From Monocercomonoides exilis PA203 (lineage: Eukaryota > Protista > Preaxostyla): a stretch of DNA of 64,000 nt. Location: contig LSRY02000004.1 of assembly GCA_001643675.2 (NCBI GenBank), positions 868,001-932,000 of the forward strand, written 5' to 3'. A program made the position numbers and the translations under genes. The first letter of the stretch is position 1; each line of letters starts with the position of its first letter. This document shows positions 1-14,092 of the stretch, piece after piece. The notes under the pieces are model-generated. The model did not search any database and had not been told where the DNA came from. It worked only from the letters and a program-made list of their open reading frames with translations.

Positions 1-11
1 TTTTAATTTAG

Positions 12-896
12 TTCTTTGTTGGAGGTTGGGCAGTTGTTCTTATGTTAGTGGGCGCAGTTCTGAGTATATTAATGCTGATGATACAACCTCATAAATTGCA
101 GCTTGGCGGAGTTGAAGTTATGAGCGTGGGCATATTTTCTGTGGTCGTGGCAATTGGATGGGTGATGTTACTGGACGGAATTATTGGATCGCTTTCCGCA
201 ATCTGCGGAAATAAGTCAAAGCCATTAAAGGGAATATTTTTTGCTTTCTCTTCCCTGCTTGTAATTGCATTCTTTGTATTTTTTATTCTGTCTCTGAGCT
301 TGAAGAAGCCACAACTGAAGTTGATTGATGACACGTGCAATGTTAACATTGAACAAAACAAGGAGAGATACAAGCAATGTTTAGATGTGCTCGATCAACT
401 GCGAAATAACACGTGCAGGAAATTAGAGGCGGACGAGGTCCAATTTGAAGCTTGCAAATCAAAAATAAAAATGAAAGACACAACAAATAAGCACAAAGAA
501 ATGGTCAGCGGATGGATTTCTTTGTTGGGTTTGCTTTTATTTTTCTATTAAAAAAAATTTTTTTAAACCTATTTTTATTGGCATTTGCATATGAATTCCT
601 ATAAAATATATTTTTACACATTCAACTCAACGAAACCATCAAACTTGGGATGAATAGCTTGGATTTCAGTATTCTGCATCATATTCATCATCATTGTTGA
701 CATATTTGCTGGATTCAATCTTTTTAGAAAGGTTTGAGAAAATAAATCGAAATCTTCCTTATTAAAATTCATTTATTTGATGTCAATGATAATTTGTTGA
801 AAACTGCTTAAGTCACCTGAAGTCAAAGGATATCGCAAAGGAGTCACAAACAAAGGATTGCCCGAATATCAGCCTCAGAAAGACATTTCATACTGA
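12..896 (+). CDS. Tetraspanin-like four-TM protein, 5'-partial; exons 12-528, 658-731, 813-896
   Basis: Acceptor tttag ends at 11. Introns 529-657 (GTTTGC..ATAG) and 732-812 (GTTTGA..TAAG) keep the frame. Three hydrophobic helices, a Cys-containing loop, a fourth helix (WISLLAWISVFCIIFIIIVDIFAG) and tail SPEVKGYRKG...KDISY*. Confidence 0.7.
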
Positions 897-2030
897 GTTG
901 CATAAGTCGTCACATCATTCATAACCATATGTTACTGCTCATGATGCATAACTTGATTTCTTCGTCGTTTCTTTGAATGAAGAGAAGTTATCTTTTTCAT
1001 TATTTTGCACATAAATTCAGGGAAATTGATTAAGTTTATTTTTGTGTGCGCATACTCAACTTCTTAAATAATTATATTCTGCTTCCTAAATCTTCGTTTT
1101 TTATTCTCATTTTGTCTTATTTATGATATCGTCTTTATTCTTCTTTTGCACTTTTAATTCCTTGGTGTAATTACAATTTTCTAATTACTTCTATGTCTTT
1201 TAACCTTTTGTCTATAAAAATTTCAGAATCATTTAGAGTGTAAATGTTATTAATCAGTATTAATTTTCGTATTTTGATACTCTGTTTGGTTGTTAGGGAG
1301 ATATTTTTTGGGTGTTATGTTTATGTCACCCATTTATTTTTAACGAAAAGTATTGAAATTTTATTTTTGTTTTTTTTTATTTTATTTTTTCGAATAAAGT
1401 TAAAATAAAAGTTATTTCGATTTTTAAAAACACTTTAAAGGAATAAGAAAAGCATTTTTCTTTTTTGAAAGATAGAATTGCATTTGAGAAGAATTGTGAA
1501 ATCCAAGAAATCATCGTGATTTTGAGAATTCTCTTTCATCAAATGTGCAATTCAGCTTGTGAACTCAATTGTCACACTTATTTAACAATAATTCAAAAAT
1601 ATGAAACAGTAATCAATATTTAAGAATCGCTAATATTCGTAATAATACGTATTAAAAGGAATAAGTTATTTATTACCATTTTGTTTGAGTGTGCATAAAG
1701 ATATTGATATTCTTTGGTTCTGCGTGTGAATAATTTTCAATATATTTATCAACAAAGCCTTTCGTTTTTTCAAAAGTATTCTCTGAGTTTCAAACACATG
1801 TCGTATTGATGATTTCATAACGACTTTTTTTCATTCTTAAAATTTTTCAAAAAAGTGATATTTTCAATAAAGCATTCACTTTCAAAATGAAGCTAACAAA
1901 CAAAAAATAGCAAACATAGACAAAACATCATAAAAAAAAAAGACTCAGACATTGTAATTCAAAAAGATTTGTTTCATATTTCTATTTTTCTCCTTGTCTT
2001 TTTCTGAAATTCAACTCCTTCTTCGGATAG

Positions 2031-5000
2031 TTACTCTTCATTCATTGAATTTCTTATTAAGCTCCTTTTTTTCCTTGCTTTTTCTTTGTTTAAATATTCC
2101 TTCCTGTCTGTAGTTATCCTATTTACCTCTCCGTCACTTCTCTCTCTTTCTTCAATATTACTTTCATCAAACTCTTTGTTGTCTTTCTCCTCTTCATCCC
2201 CTTCTTCTTGTTCTGCTACTTCCTCCTCCTCTTCTTCTTCATCTTCTTCATCCTGTTCCTCTTCTTTTTCCTGCTCTTCCTCTTCTTCCTCCTCTTGTTC
2301 TTCGATTTCTTTTTCCATCAGTTCTTTCTTCTTTCTAAACATTCTGTATTCTGCTTCTCTGGCAACCATCTCCAAGTATTCTCTAATTTCAGCATACGGA
2401 CCTTTCTCCTTCATTTTCCTTTCTTTGAAGCTTCGACTTTCAACTCTTTCATTTCCAGAGGCAGGTCTGCTCACTGGAAGAGACTGCGTTGCGGAATGCA
2501 CTTCGGAAGAATTGGCAGAATTGCCTCTGTACGAAGTCGCTGGGACAACAGCAGCATAAGCCAGAGAAGGCACAGACCCTGCAGTTGGCGGCTGTGAACG
2601 GTGAATCGAATCAAACGTCGGCACAATAATCGGAGGAAGGACATCCTGCAACGTCAGCTGCACTCTTCCTCGCTCCTGATACTTGTGCTTGTACATTTCC
2701 TCTGTTAGCAAAGTGGATGTGCCTGATGATGGCTTGACTGCATCTTTAATTCCGTAGCTGGCTCTCCATCCGTTTTTCTCCTCTCTTTGCCTCCTCTCCT
2801 CTGCCTCCATCTTGCGTTCGGCTTCCATCTTTTCCATCTCTTTTTTGTGCTTTTTGAAATATTCCTCTCCTGCCATCATTTTTCCTTTTTCTTTTCGAAG
2901 CTTCTCTTCATTCCTCAATTTTATTTCTTCTTCTCTTTTTTCTTCATTCATCTTCGCTTGCCTTTTGATGAGTTCAGCCCTTGCTATTCTTATTTTCTCT
3001 GCTTGCACAGCAGGAGAAACATAATCATCATCATCATCTCCATATTCATCGCCCTCCCTTCCTCCCCCTTCATTCATCTCTCTCTTCACTTTTCTCACAA
3101 GCCTCTTCCTCTTCTCAAACTCTTCCTCTTCTTCTCTCTTCCGCTCCATCCGTTCGATCTGCGTGCCAATCATCAGATGCTGCCCAAGAAGTCTATTTGT
3201 AAACTCCTTCACACTCTGTGTTCGCGTCTGTTTGGATCGAGAAATTCGCTCGCTGACACTTCTTGCCGAAGCAGAAGCCGTTCTGCTTGACATTTTCCCT
3301 CCATCATTTCCTCTTTCTCTTCGATCCTGCGACGTTGGAGGGGTCTTTTTCATAAAGTCGATTTCTCCATTTTCATTCAGCACAACTCCGCCTCTTTCTT
3401 CCACCTCTCTTTGAAAGGCAACCAGCATCCTTCTTTTCTTCAGATCATTCGCAGCTTTGATTTTCGCATTGAACATTCTTGTTTTCTCCTTAGCTTCTTC
3501 AGCTTGAAGCAATCTTCGTTTGATTTCTTGCTCTTCAACGCTCCGTGCAGCGTGCTTTGCAGAGTCCAGCTTGTTCTGTTGATAAAGTGACGTCGCCCTT
3601 GAAGAAGCTTGGCTGGTACTATTCTTTTGCAGAGTTGGCAGAGTATACTGCGCTCGCCTTTCTGATGCTGACTGTGTTCTCGACTGCTGCTGCTGCTGTT
3701 GTTGTTGCGTGGAAATTTTCACTTCTCTGCTCTGCTGCTTGCTTGACGACGGGAACGAAGGAATGTGCAGATGCCGCTGTTGGATAGCCAAGTTGTCAGT
3801 GGTTGCATCTGGTGCATTTGTGAAAGGAGAAGGGTTGGCGCCATTGAGCGAGTCCGCATCGTTCAGAATGCTCGGCCTCCGCTGCAGAACAGGTGGGAGA
3901 GGGAAATGCTCGATGTGATTGGATTGTTTTCTGTCTTCCTCTTCGGTCGTTGTGATTGGCGTGCCTGTGATGGAAGTGGAGGCTCCTGACGAGGAAGGCT
4001 GATAAGAAGGCGAATTCGCAGAGGAATATGTGCCATATAAAGAAGAAGTGTTGCTTTCTCCTTCTCTCCTCTCGTCGCACGACATCATCATCTGCACATA
4101 TCTTCTGTTCGACCAGTCGGCAGCTCTTGTCACATCGCCGAGCACTGAGGAAGCCTCTTCAAATGCTGATCTCTTCACTGAAATCATTTTTGTTCTAACT
4201 TTTTCTTTTTTCTTGTTGTGCTGAGTCTGCTCAATTAATTCCTCTCTTCTTTTTCTCCCTCGTTCCTCTCTCATTTCCCTGTTTCTCCCTTCCTCCATAT
4301 TTACAGCAGTGGCAAACAACGAAGAAGAGGCAGCTGTGGGTGAACCTTGCGAATATGAGCTCCATTCACCCAGCTCTTCCCTTGCATCTCTCAAATCAAC
4401 TTCCTTCCGTGGAGACCTTCTCTCTCGTTCTTTGAGCGGAACAGGAGCAGGCGAAAGAGAGAGAGGTGAAAACGACATTGGAGAAGAAGGAATCGAAGCA
4501 GCAGTTTGCTGCATTCTTTGGATGTTCATGTGTCTGTCCAGCCTTTCTTGATATGCTTTTCTGTTCTCTTCGTTTTCCTTTTCTTTTTGCTCAATCTGAC
4601 TTCTTTCTTTCAATTTCTCCTCTTTTTTCTTTTCGCTCAGCCTCCACTTGTTGATTCTGAACTTGCTTTCTTTCAGCACTTTCTCTCTTTTCCTCTCGTC
4701 AAATGCATCTTTCGCAAGATCCGGCTTCATTTCCCTTTCTTTCTCCTCGTCCAGCGAAATCAGCTCTTTCAGCGGTTTAGTCCCACTTCTGCTTCTGCTT
4801 CCTTCAGCTTTCATTTCCATTCTGTCAGTCGCTACAAATTGAGCTGTGTGGAGCAAGTGCAATTCTTTCCTCCAGCGCTCCACAAACGCTTGCTGCTGCA
4901 CAAACGCTGACGAATCCTCCGCTTTCTGCTTCCTTGCCCCTCTTTCACTCGACATATTTCTCTTCAAATTCCTCGTTTTCGCAGATGTGCGCGCATTCGA

Positions 5001-8000
5001 AGGGAAATATGGGGATTCGTACTGAAACGCCCGGACAGCATTTGTCACTGTTGCGTTCTCAGTCATCGAAGACGCAGGAGCTGCGGCTGCTGAGGATGTT
5101 GTGAGATTCCTATTTATGGTCATTTTCTCTGTTTGAAGCAATTCTTCGTTTGTTATTCCTCTGCCCACGATGTTTGTGATTGGAGATGATTCTCTGAACT
5201 CGGTTCTTTCTCTTTCAATCTTGCTGATATATTCATCGTCAACTTCTTCTTCTTCGTCTTCGTCTTCTTTGTCCTGTGCAATGGTTATAAACAATCCTGT
5301 TTTGCCTCCCCTCATTTTACTCGCTTCCTCATCGCTTTCATTTTCAACTTCCTTTGCCTTCTCACTCTTCTCCTTATCTTTCTCTTTCTCTTTCTCTTTC
5401 TCTTTCTCTTTCTCTTTCTCCATCTTCTCATCATCTCCTTCTTTTCTTTTCCCTTCCCCTTTCTCCTTCTCCTCCTCTTGTTCTCCTTCTTCCTCTTCCG
5501 CCAGCTTCGGAATCCCTTCTGTCAATATTCCCCTCACCCTCTTTCTCGGCCTGCATGCCGGTGGCTGATAAACCAACAGCGTAAAATGCCTCCGGATCTC
5601 CCTCCACACTTTCTCCGGCCCCAAAACACCCACCTCGCCCCACACCAGCTCGTTGTGGTGCATCCGCTCCCGCGTGCGCTTGATCAGTTCTTCTCGTTCT
5701 TCTCTGCGTTTCTCCTTCGCTTTCCTCATTTTGTTCCTCACCACTGGCTGCTGCCTCGCCTTCATCCCCAAATAGAAGCTCTGAAGCAGCAGCGTCGCTT
5801 CCAGCCGGCTGAAGGAAGAAAGAGAGAAGAGGAGGTTCATCGGGAAGCAGGCTTCCAGACTGAGATTAGGGGGAAGAGAGGGAGATTTCGCTGTGAATAC
5901 AATAATGTTGGAGGAAGTGGAGGAGGAAGAAGCATTCGATGCTGATGTAGATGAAGAAGAGGAGGAAGATGAGGAAGAAGAAGAAGAGGCAGAAGCAGTT
6001 GAAGAAGACGAAAGAGAAGATGAGGAGGATGAGGAAGAAGAAGAACTGTGTAGTGAAGAGGAAGAGCCCATTGGAGAAAGAGTAGCAAGCTGAGCATTCA
6101 AAGGCTGAGGTGGATCTACATTTGGTTCCATTTGGAATGTCACTGTTCGTCTTCTTCCTGTTTTTTTCTCGTCTTCACTCGAAGAAGAAGAGGAGGAAGA
6201 AGAAGAAGCAGAAGAAGAAGGAAAAGTTGATGAATTTGCAGAAGCAGATGAAGAAGTTGGCGTTGATGAAGAAAGCCAGCCAGTTGTGGAAGAAGGCGTT
6301 TGAGGAGTTCCAATCGAAAATCCGAAATTTGAGCCTCCACCCACATTTTTGGAGAATGGGATAATTTTCCCGTTGCCGGCAACGTAGCAAGAAATAGAAG
6401 GTGAACCCATTTTGATCTCGCTTATTTTAATTGGCTTCCACAGCCTGAGGAGAAGAAGGGCGAATCTTGCTTTGGCATCTTCGACAGAGCCACACTCGAC
6501 AGCAAAAAGAGGAAAATAGGAGAAAGGAATCGAGTAAGATGAAGAAGAAGAAGATGATGATGATGATGAGCCAGAGGAAGAAGAGGAAGAAGAAGAAGAA
6601 GGCAAAAAAGACGACAGAAACGAGGAAGATTCGTGTGACACTTTGTTTTTCGCCTGCTCAACCACAAACTCTTCGAAGGAGTTGTGTTGCGTGAGAGAAA
6701 GCGAATAGAAAGAGGAGGAGCGTATTCTAGGTGTGTCGTGGTACTGGAACTGGTTCGACAGCCCCACAAGCGCAGCATCTTCTGCTCGTCTGACAGGGCG
6801 GGTGATGACTCCCTCGGTGAGCAAGGAAATCAATGGATAAGAATAACCTTTCACTTTGTGCTTCGATGTGTTTTTTCTTTTCTTCTTTGTCATCTTTTTT
6901 TGTGTTTGCTTCTGTTTCTCGCTCATTTCGTTTCCTTCCTCTTCTGAACGATTCTTGCTGTTTTCGTGCTCTGCGGAAGACGGGAAGAACAAAGGCAGAT
7001 GTTTGCCTCTGGGCAGTTCCTTGAGCGATGCAAGAAGCGGTTCGACTTCAAATTCCTCTCTCTTTTTTGTGAAGGACAGCAGAGACGCATCCACACTTGA
7101 CCCAAACGAAGACGACGGGGTGTGCTTTGTGCTGCCAAATTTCGTCTTCAGCCGCGCCTTCGAAGGAGACGAGAGCATAAATGAAGAATTGCCTGAAGCA
7201 ACAAATGAACTGTCTTGACTTCTTCTGTTTGTTGTTTTCTTCCCCATCAGCGCATTCTGTCTTTTTAACAGCAGCCTCTCTCTCCGCCTCTGCTCCTTCT
7301 GCTCTTCTGTCACCCAGCGTGCTGGCTGGCCCAATATAACTCTCATTCTGAATGAATCGTCTTTGTTTCTCTGTTCGGCAGCAACTGACGAGGAGTCAGA
7401 CGAAGCAAAAGAAGCTTCATCAGATAAAGTGGAAGAGAGAGAAGACGAGGAAGAGACAGAAGTGAGGGAAAACTTGTAGTTTTTTGTGTGAGAGGCGATG
7501 CGGGAATAAGGAACGAATGAAAAGGGAGTGAATTGCTCGTGCAAAAACAGGTGGAGGGTGTGGATGTTTTCTTTGCTCGAAAAGAAATGCGAAGACGAGC
7601 GAAAAGACGATGAATTGATGCGAAACCCACCACGCTCTGAAAAGGAAGACGAAAAAAGAGAAGAAAAGGGTGAGCTTGTTGAAGCAGCAAAGGAAGAAGA
7701 AAGCGAAAATGAGGTATTTGATGATATGTGTGGAGGAGAAAGAGAAGAATGTGTGCGAAGTGATTGAGGAGAAATTGAGAGAGACTGAGACAGAAACGAA
7801 GGCTGCTGCCTCAGATGAGGTGTTCCCGAGGAAGAGGAAGATGATGAAGAAGAGGAAGAAGAGGAAGAATAAGGCAGAAGAGGAGAAAGTGTAGAAGAAG
7901 TGGAAGAAGAAGATAAAGTGTTCTGTTGGATTACAAATGAATTGATGACTTCGTTCGGGTTGTTGAACAGTGATTTTGTTGGAGATTCTTCGGGAAACGC

Positions 8001-11000
8001 GTCAAATGAAGACGAGCCACCTGAAAACGGTGTGGATGCAAAAGGCAACGCTGGAGAAGATGATGAAGACGATGAAGGAGAAGGGGAAGATGAATGAAAT
8101 CCTCCATAGTTCAGTCTGCTCCTCTCCTCCCTCTTCTTCTCCACCCAGAACTTCCATCCATCTTCTCTTTCGCTCAGCTCCTTCACCACATCCACCAGCG
8201 CGGCAGACACATAAAACACAGGCTGTGTGATTTGGCACATTGCCATCTGCAGCGCTTTCAAGCAGGCGAGCCGCTGCTTCGCTAGAAACGCACGCCAAAC
8301 GCACTGAATAGCGACAGAGGCGCGGAGGAGTGTAATTTGAGAGAGGAGAGAAGGCAGAGACTGGAGGGAGTTGGCAAGAAGTGCAGTGGTGGAAGCAGAA
8401 GGTGAATAGAAAGAGGAAGAAGAAGAAGAAGAAGATAATGAGAAAGAAGAAGATGATGATGATGAATGAAGGCGAGAAGGCGATAGATTGAGTGAAGATG
8501 TCATCGACAGAAGCTGCTGCTGCCTTTGGAGTGTCTGCATTTTCTGGTTGTTGATGAACGAAGGCGAGCGCAGATGAGGTGGAATTGGAGGCAGTTTCGT
8601 GAGTGACTGGGAAAGCGCTGAGGAGACGAGGGAAGGCGCAGCAGAAGAGGAGAGGAGAGGAGAGGTGTAAAGAGCATTTGAAGGAGAAGTTCTGGTTAGA
8701 TGAGAGCGGAAGACAGATTGAATGGAAACAGCAGAGGCGACTGAATGCAACGTGTAGCTGTCTAATGGACAGAGAGGAAGAGCGTGGGATAGGAGATGGG
8801 CAGAGGAGAGAGGGAAGAGAGAGGCAGAGAGGGAAGGAGAGAGAAAGCGAAGGAAGAGAGGACGGGGAGGGAGGAAGGGTGAAATGTTCATTTGAGGTGA
8901 ATGGAGAAGTGAGGAGAAAAACGAAGTGTTTGAAGACGATGATGATGAAGATGAAGAAGAAAACAAAGAAAATCTCGATTTGTTTATCAGTCTGCTCCGA
9001 AACTGCCCTGCAGCTGAATGAAATGTGCGCAGAAACTGCAAGTTGTGGAGCTGAAGCTGGTGAGACAGAAACGGAAGGAGAAAATGAGGAACTTTCACAG
9101 AAACCAAGCGCTCGTAGATTGAGGCAGGGAAAAGCGGAGGCGGCTTGCGAGAAATGAGAGAGAGAGAAGAAGTATTGGAAAGTGAATGGAGTTTGTAGAA
9201 GAAATGCTGATGTGTCAGATGAAGTGAAAGCGGGAGAAGAGAAGAAGGAGAAGAAGGAGAAGGAGAAGGAGAATTGCCCGAACTTTTGAATTGAGCATCG
9301 TCTTCATCGTTTTCCTTGTATAGCCTGCTCAGATCATCTGATATGTATTTTTCAGTGTTTTCCTCGATCCACTGCTCAAATGAGTGTATGTTTAGTTCTC
9401 TGACAAGGATTTTTCTGGTGATGTGCTGCTTCATTGACGACTTTGCGATGATTGTGCATTTGTTGAGGTGTGGTGAAAGAGGGATGCGCTTCTTCTTTTC
9501 CATTTCGGTAAAAAGCGCGTATATGTTTGGAGGATATAAGGAAGATGAAGATGAAGAAGAGGATGAAGAGGAGGAAGAGGATGAGGATGAGGAAGAAGAA
9601 GAAGAGTACAGAGAATTCGTAGAAGCTGACGCAGAAGTTGATGAAAGAGCAGGAAAGGAGGCAGACTGCTGTGAAATGGAAGATGAGCGAGAGGGCAGTT
9701 GTGATGTGGAAGAAGGTGATTGAGAAGAAAAAAGAACAGGAGAAGGCGAAGCAGAGGAAAAAGCAGAAGATGCAACAAGCTCATTGGTTGGAAGAATTGG
9801 CGGCGATGCTGCTAGTGATGAAGCTGTTGTGGCTGTTAACTTTCTGTCAATCAAAAAGTTTGTGTCAATTGATGATTTGTCATCTGCAATCAATCCATCG
9901 CTCCCTTTCTCCTTCTCCTCTTCTTCCTCCTCTTTGATCATATCATCGTCGCCCTCACTTCTTCCATTGGCTTTCCTTCCTCTTCGTTCCTGCAGCCTCC
10001 TGTCTTTCATTCCGGACTTCCTGAACATCGCATTCTGCGCTGCAATCTGCGCCATCTTCTTCTTCTTCTTCCATTCGACCGCCTCTTTCGCCCAAATCTG
10101 TTTCCACTGCGTGGTCTTTGTGGTGAACATGTATGGAGACGGGCGAGGATACCAGCGCATCCAGTTCGGGACGTAGATGTGACTTGGGAATGAAGAAGAG
10201 GAGGAAGAGGAAGAAGAAGAAGAAGTGGAGGAAGTGGAAGAGGAAGGAGAATATGAAAGAGAAAGTGAAGAAGTGGAAGATGATGATGATGAAATGTTCA
10301 AAGAATGAGGCTGAGAAGAAGAAGAAGAAAGTTGTTGTTGTTGTTGCTGCTGCTGCTGCTGCTGCTGTGATGAAGAAGAAGTGTCGAAACAAAAAGAAGG
10401 AGACGGGGGAGCAAAAGGATAGAGAAGAAGCAGCGAAAGGCAAAGATAGGAGATTTTCTCGTCCCACCAGGACGATTCTCGATACGACGGGAACAGCTCG
10501 TCGACGATAGAAGAAGAGAAGAAGGAAAGCAGATGGCGAACTGAAGAGCAGCCGGCTGTGGAATAAACAGACTTCGCTTGGCCTTCTTTCTTTTTCTGCT
10601 TGAATTCGTTCAGCTTCTCAATAAGCTGCTTCAGGAGATCGAGTTTGTTGGCGAAGGAAAGATGCTCTCGAAGGAAAGTGTAAAATGGAACAGAAGAAAA
10701 AGACGATGAAAATGATGTGTTTTGCTCAAATAGGCTTTTCGCGAATTTCGTGCTTGGATCAGATAAGTTTGCAAAAGAAGAGGAAGAAGAAGGAATTGTA
10801 GTTGAAGATGAAGAAGAAGATGACGAGGAACAGGAAGCCAAAGAAGAAGAGGAAGAAGAGGAAGTTATTTTGGCTGGTTCTTCGCTGCTTGCATGCACAA
10901 ACGGTGCCTTCACAACGACGACGCCACGGGAAGAATATTCAGAGGGAAAAGGAAGGAAAGCAGAAGCGTATCTGAGAAGAATATACGGCTCCAGCTGGAT

Positions 11001-12615
11001 GTCGAGCGAAGAGAGAGACAAATAGGAGTCTGGCGGGTGCGCCAGTGAAACCAGAGAAGAAAGAGAAGAAGAAGATGATGATGATGATGATGGGAAAAGA
11101 GACGAAAGGGATATGGATGGATTCAAAAATGAAGAAGCATGTGAAGTTGAGCTATCTGAATACACTTTTGAAAACTCTTCTTCGCTCACGTCCCGATTCA
11201 GACTTTTACGCAAAAAATTCCTTTCTTTCTGTTTTTTGTTAAAGTCAATCTCTTTTTTCCTCTCTTTGGCTCTTTCAATCAGCTGTTGTTGAAGGATGTA
11301 CATTGAAAAGGATGTTCTGACAATGCATAGAAATTCAACAAGTTGTGATAACGGCACAAAAAATGTTTCCCTTTCTTGCGCATCGTCAGACGAAGACGGA
11401 GTTGCAGGAGAACCTGCTTTGCCCTGCGCAACTGAATTTTCGTTATCAAATTCGTCTGCTTCTGTTTCTTTTCCTCTTCTTTTTCCTTCCTTTTTCTTGT
11501 TCCTTCTTCCTCTCATAACCGCCTCATTCGCATCGACCTTCAAGGCCTTTCGCTCGCGATAGTGCTTCCAATGCCACTGTATCAGCCTTGCTGCATAGTC
11601 GAGTTCTTTCATCTTCTCCTTCACCTCTTTCGCTTTCTTTCTTCTCCATAAATTTTGTGCAAGAACAACAGCTTTTGTCAATGCATCCACACTTGCCCTC
11701 ATCTTCTTCCTTGCTGCATAGCCGCGCCAAACGCTTTGAATCAACACTGCAGCTCGTCTTTCTCTTTCAACGCGAAAGTGATAAAGCCTCCTCTAAATTG
11801 ACAATTTGGTATGAAAAGTGACAATAATGAGTTTTAAGCAAAAAACCAAATTTATAATTAAAAATTTAGTATTTTTAAAAAGGACAAACTCTAATGAGAA
11901 ATCCACGAATGACTTTTTGAATTATTGTGATAGGAGAGGAATGTGAAAGAATTGTGTGCGTTTGCTGTTCTATTTGCTTTATGTAACTGCTTATCATATC
12001 AAAGTTTGTCTCAGGATCCGTCAAAATAAAAGAGTTTAAGTTCAATTTCATTCTTTCCTCAAATGCAGCAAATCTGGGTGGATATTCTATTCCTTCTATA
12101 AATTCTTCATCTGAAGCTACAATGTCATCTAAACAAATTAGAGATTCAATTTTGTTAAGAAGAATGTGTCTGTAGCCTTCGACGATTTCCACTGGATTGT
12201 TATATAAAGTAAGATGGGTAAGACGTTTTGCATGTAAAAGACACAATGCGTTTCCAAGATGTTTAATTTGATTTTGGTGAAGAAATAAGTATTTCAATCT
12301 GAGCAACTCTTTCCAAAACGATGCCCCTGGAATTTCTGTAATATCATTACAACAAAGATTGAGAACTTCAAGGTTTCTAAAATAGCTTATGCGCAAATCA
12401 ATTGCCTTCAAATTGCAAGTCGGCATTGACAAAACGGTAACTGACATTGAAAAGGGCCATGCGATTGTCTGTGAAAGAGAAGAAATATTATACTCAAACA
12501 TCACTTTTAGCTCTGATACGTTTGGGCATGAGGGATTTTGTGGTTTTATAAGATAGCTTGGGGAAATAATATATTGACCACTTTTTTGTTTGTGAGATTT
12601 TCCATTTAATTCCAT
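2031..12615 (-). CDS. LRRIQ3: Leucine-rich repeat and IQ-motif protein (LRRIQ3-like), ~3,495 aa; exons 12615-11890 and 11792-2031
   Basis: Phase-0 intron 11889-11793 (GTTTGT..TTTAG) joins the 246-aa and 3238-aa ORFs (GFLIR|RRLYHFRVERERRAAVLIQS). N-terminus has LRRs (LEVLNLCCNDI, LKYLFLHQNQI, LTHLTLYNNPV) and an LRR cap. DDIVASDEEFIE..RF and ILSHSSPITIIQKVIRGFLIR match LRRIQ3 as I recall it. About seven IQ-like motifs. Confidence 0.8.
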
Positions 12616-13389
12616 TGAATATATTTACAATTCTCTTCAAAGTCAATAACTAATATTATTTATAAGGCAACAGCTGAGTAATTAACAATAAAAAATTTTT
12701 ATTAACTTCAAAAATCTGTTGTTAAAAGTATTTCAACTTTAACTATTGTTATTATGGGTAACATAAATAAAAAATTCTGAAATTATTATTGCTCGATTAT
12801 GATTTTTTTATTCACTTAATGTATGTATTTATTATATGTTATTGAAGAAATTTTCTAATATTGTCTTCTCTTGAAAAGATCTTAACTTGTAATTCTGAAT
12901 GCAAAAATACGTGACAAAATAATGTTTATTAATTGAATGAAATATGAAATGAATTTGTGAAAACATGAAACAATTGATATAAGCGATATATCGAAAATTA
13001 ATTTAATTCTTGATGGGTGCGAACAAAAAAAAAAAAAAAAAAAGATAATAATTATGCTTCAATTTTTGAAATCATGACTTTTTTTGTGAATTGATTTGGG
13101 GGAAAATAAGAACTTTCAATCTTTTTATGCACCAAGCATGGAAAATTTGTTTCACTCATAACTTTACTAAACTCTCTCAGATTTCAGAATAAATAAGATT
13201 CTCAAATCCATTTTCTGTACACATTGATATCACAACACAGTGTTTTGTTATATCACAAATATCACAAAAAATTAACCCATTTCATTCATATTTTTTTTTT
13301 TGATCACAATGATCATTGAAGATGCGTTATTTTTCAATGAAAATGTTAGATGTCAAATATTTTGTTGCATTTTTCAAAGGTGTTTTTTT

Positions 13390-13600
13390 CTTTGGAAAGT
13401 TATTGTTCATTCAAAAGAAAAATGAATGATAATTGCTTCAGAAAGCTGATGTTAAAGATGATAATCTTGAAATAATAATCTTTTTTAGGAGTTTAAACTT
13501 TCATGTGTTCATTTATCAAAGAATGAAAATAATTGGCAAATCCGAAAATAAAGAAAAAGTGAATCTCGATTCAAAAATAATTACTCTTTTCGGATAAAAT
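13390..13600 (+). repeat. Copy of an old AT-rich dispersed repeat (also ~18760-19030 and ~60100-60370)
   Basis: Shared collinear words ttcattcaaa(a/t)gaa and ggag..gtgttcatttatcaa..atgaaaat. Confidence 0.5.
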
Positions 13601-14084
13601 ATTATTCTTCAGGTATTATTTTTTGAATAACAACACACTGTGGATAACCTATTTTATGAAAAAATAATTTACAAAATTTGTTTGTTTTTTGAAATGAAGT
13701 AAAATACGTTCTTTCAAGCTTTTTTTGCACAAAGCACATCAAAATTGCTTCGCTCATATTTTTATTTCGCTTTTTCAGATTTAAAAATTAATTTGACTTA
13801 ATTATCCGAAAACAGGCATCATTGAAATCAAAACATAAAGTATTGTGATATTACACGTGTGTCAAAAAATGGACACATTTTTGTTGTGTATTTTGATCTG
13901 AAAAAGTCAATGAAAAGTGCATTGTTTTTCAATGAAAAGGCCTAAAGTGATATATATTGCCCCAAATGCATGTGAAGTCGCAAAATATAATGTAAAAAAA
14001 TCAATAACGTGAGTGGTCAAATATGAAAATACAATATATTTCGAAATCTGAGAAAGAAAAATGAAGAAATGAGTGAATCAAAAA

Positions 14085-14092
14085 TTAATTGC
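14085..14092. repeat. Left 8-bp target-site duplication TTAATTGC
   Basis: Identical to 18656-18663 and directly abuts the left TIR. Confidence 0.9.

Noticed and set aside
2086-11821. Dozens of overlapping or antisense ORFs over the giant genes (also in 23-32, 34-40 and 41-57 kb)
   Set aside because: Shadows of TCT/GAA-type repeats and skewed codon usage; no recognisable domains.
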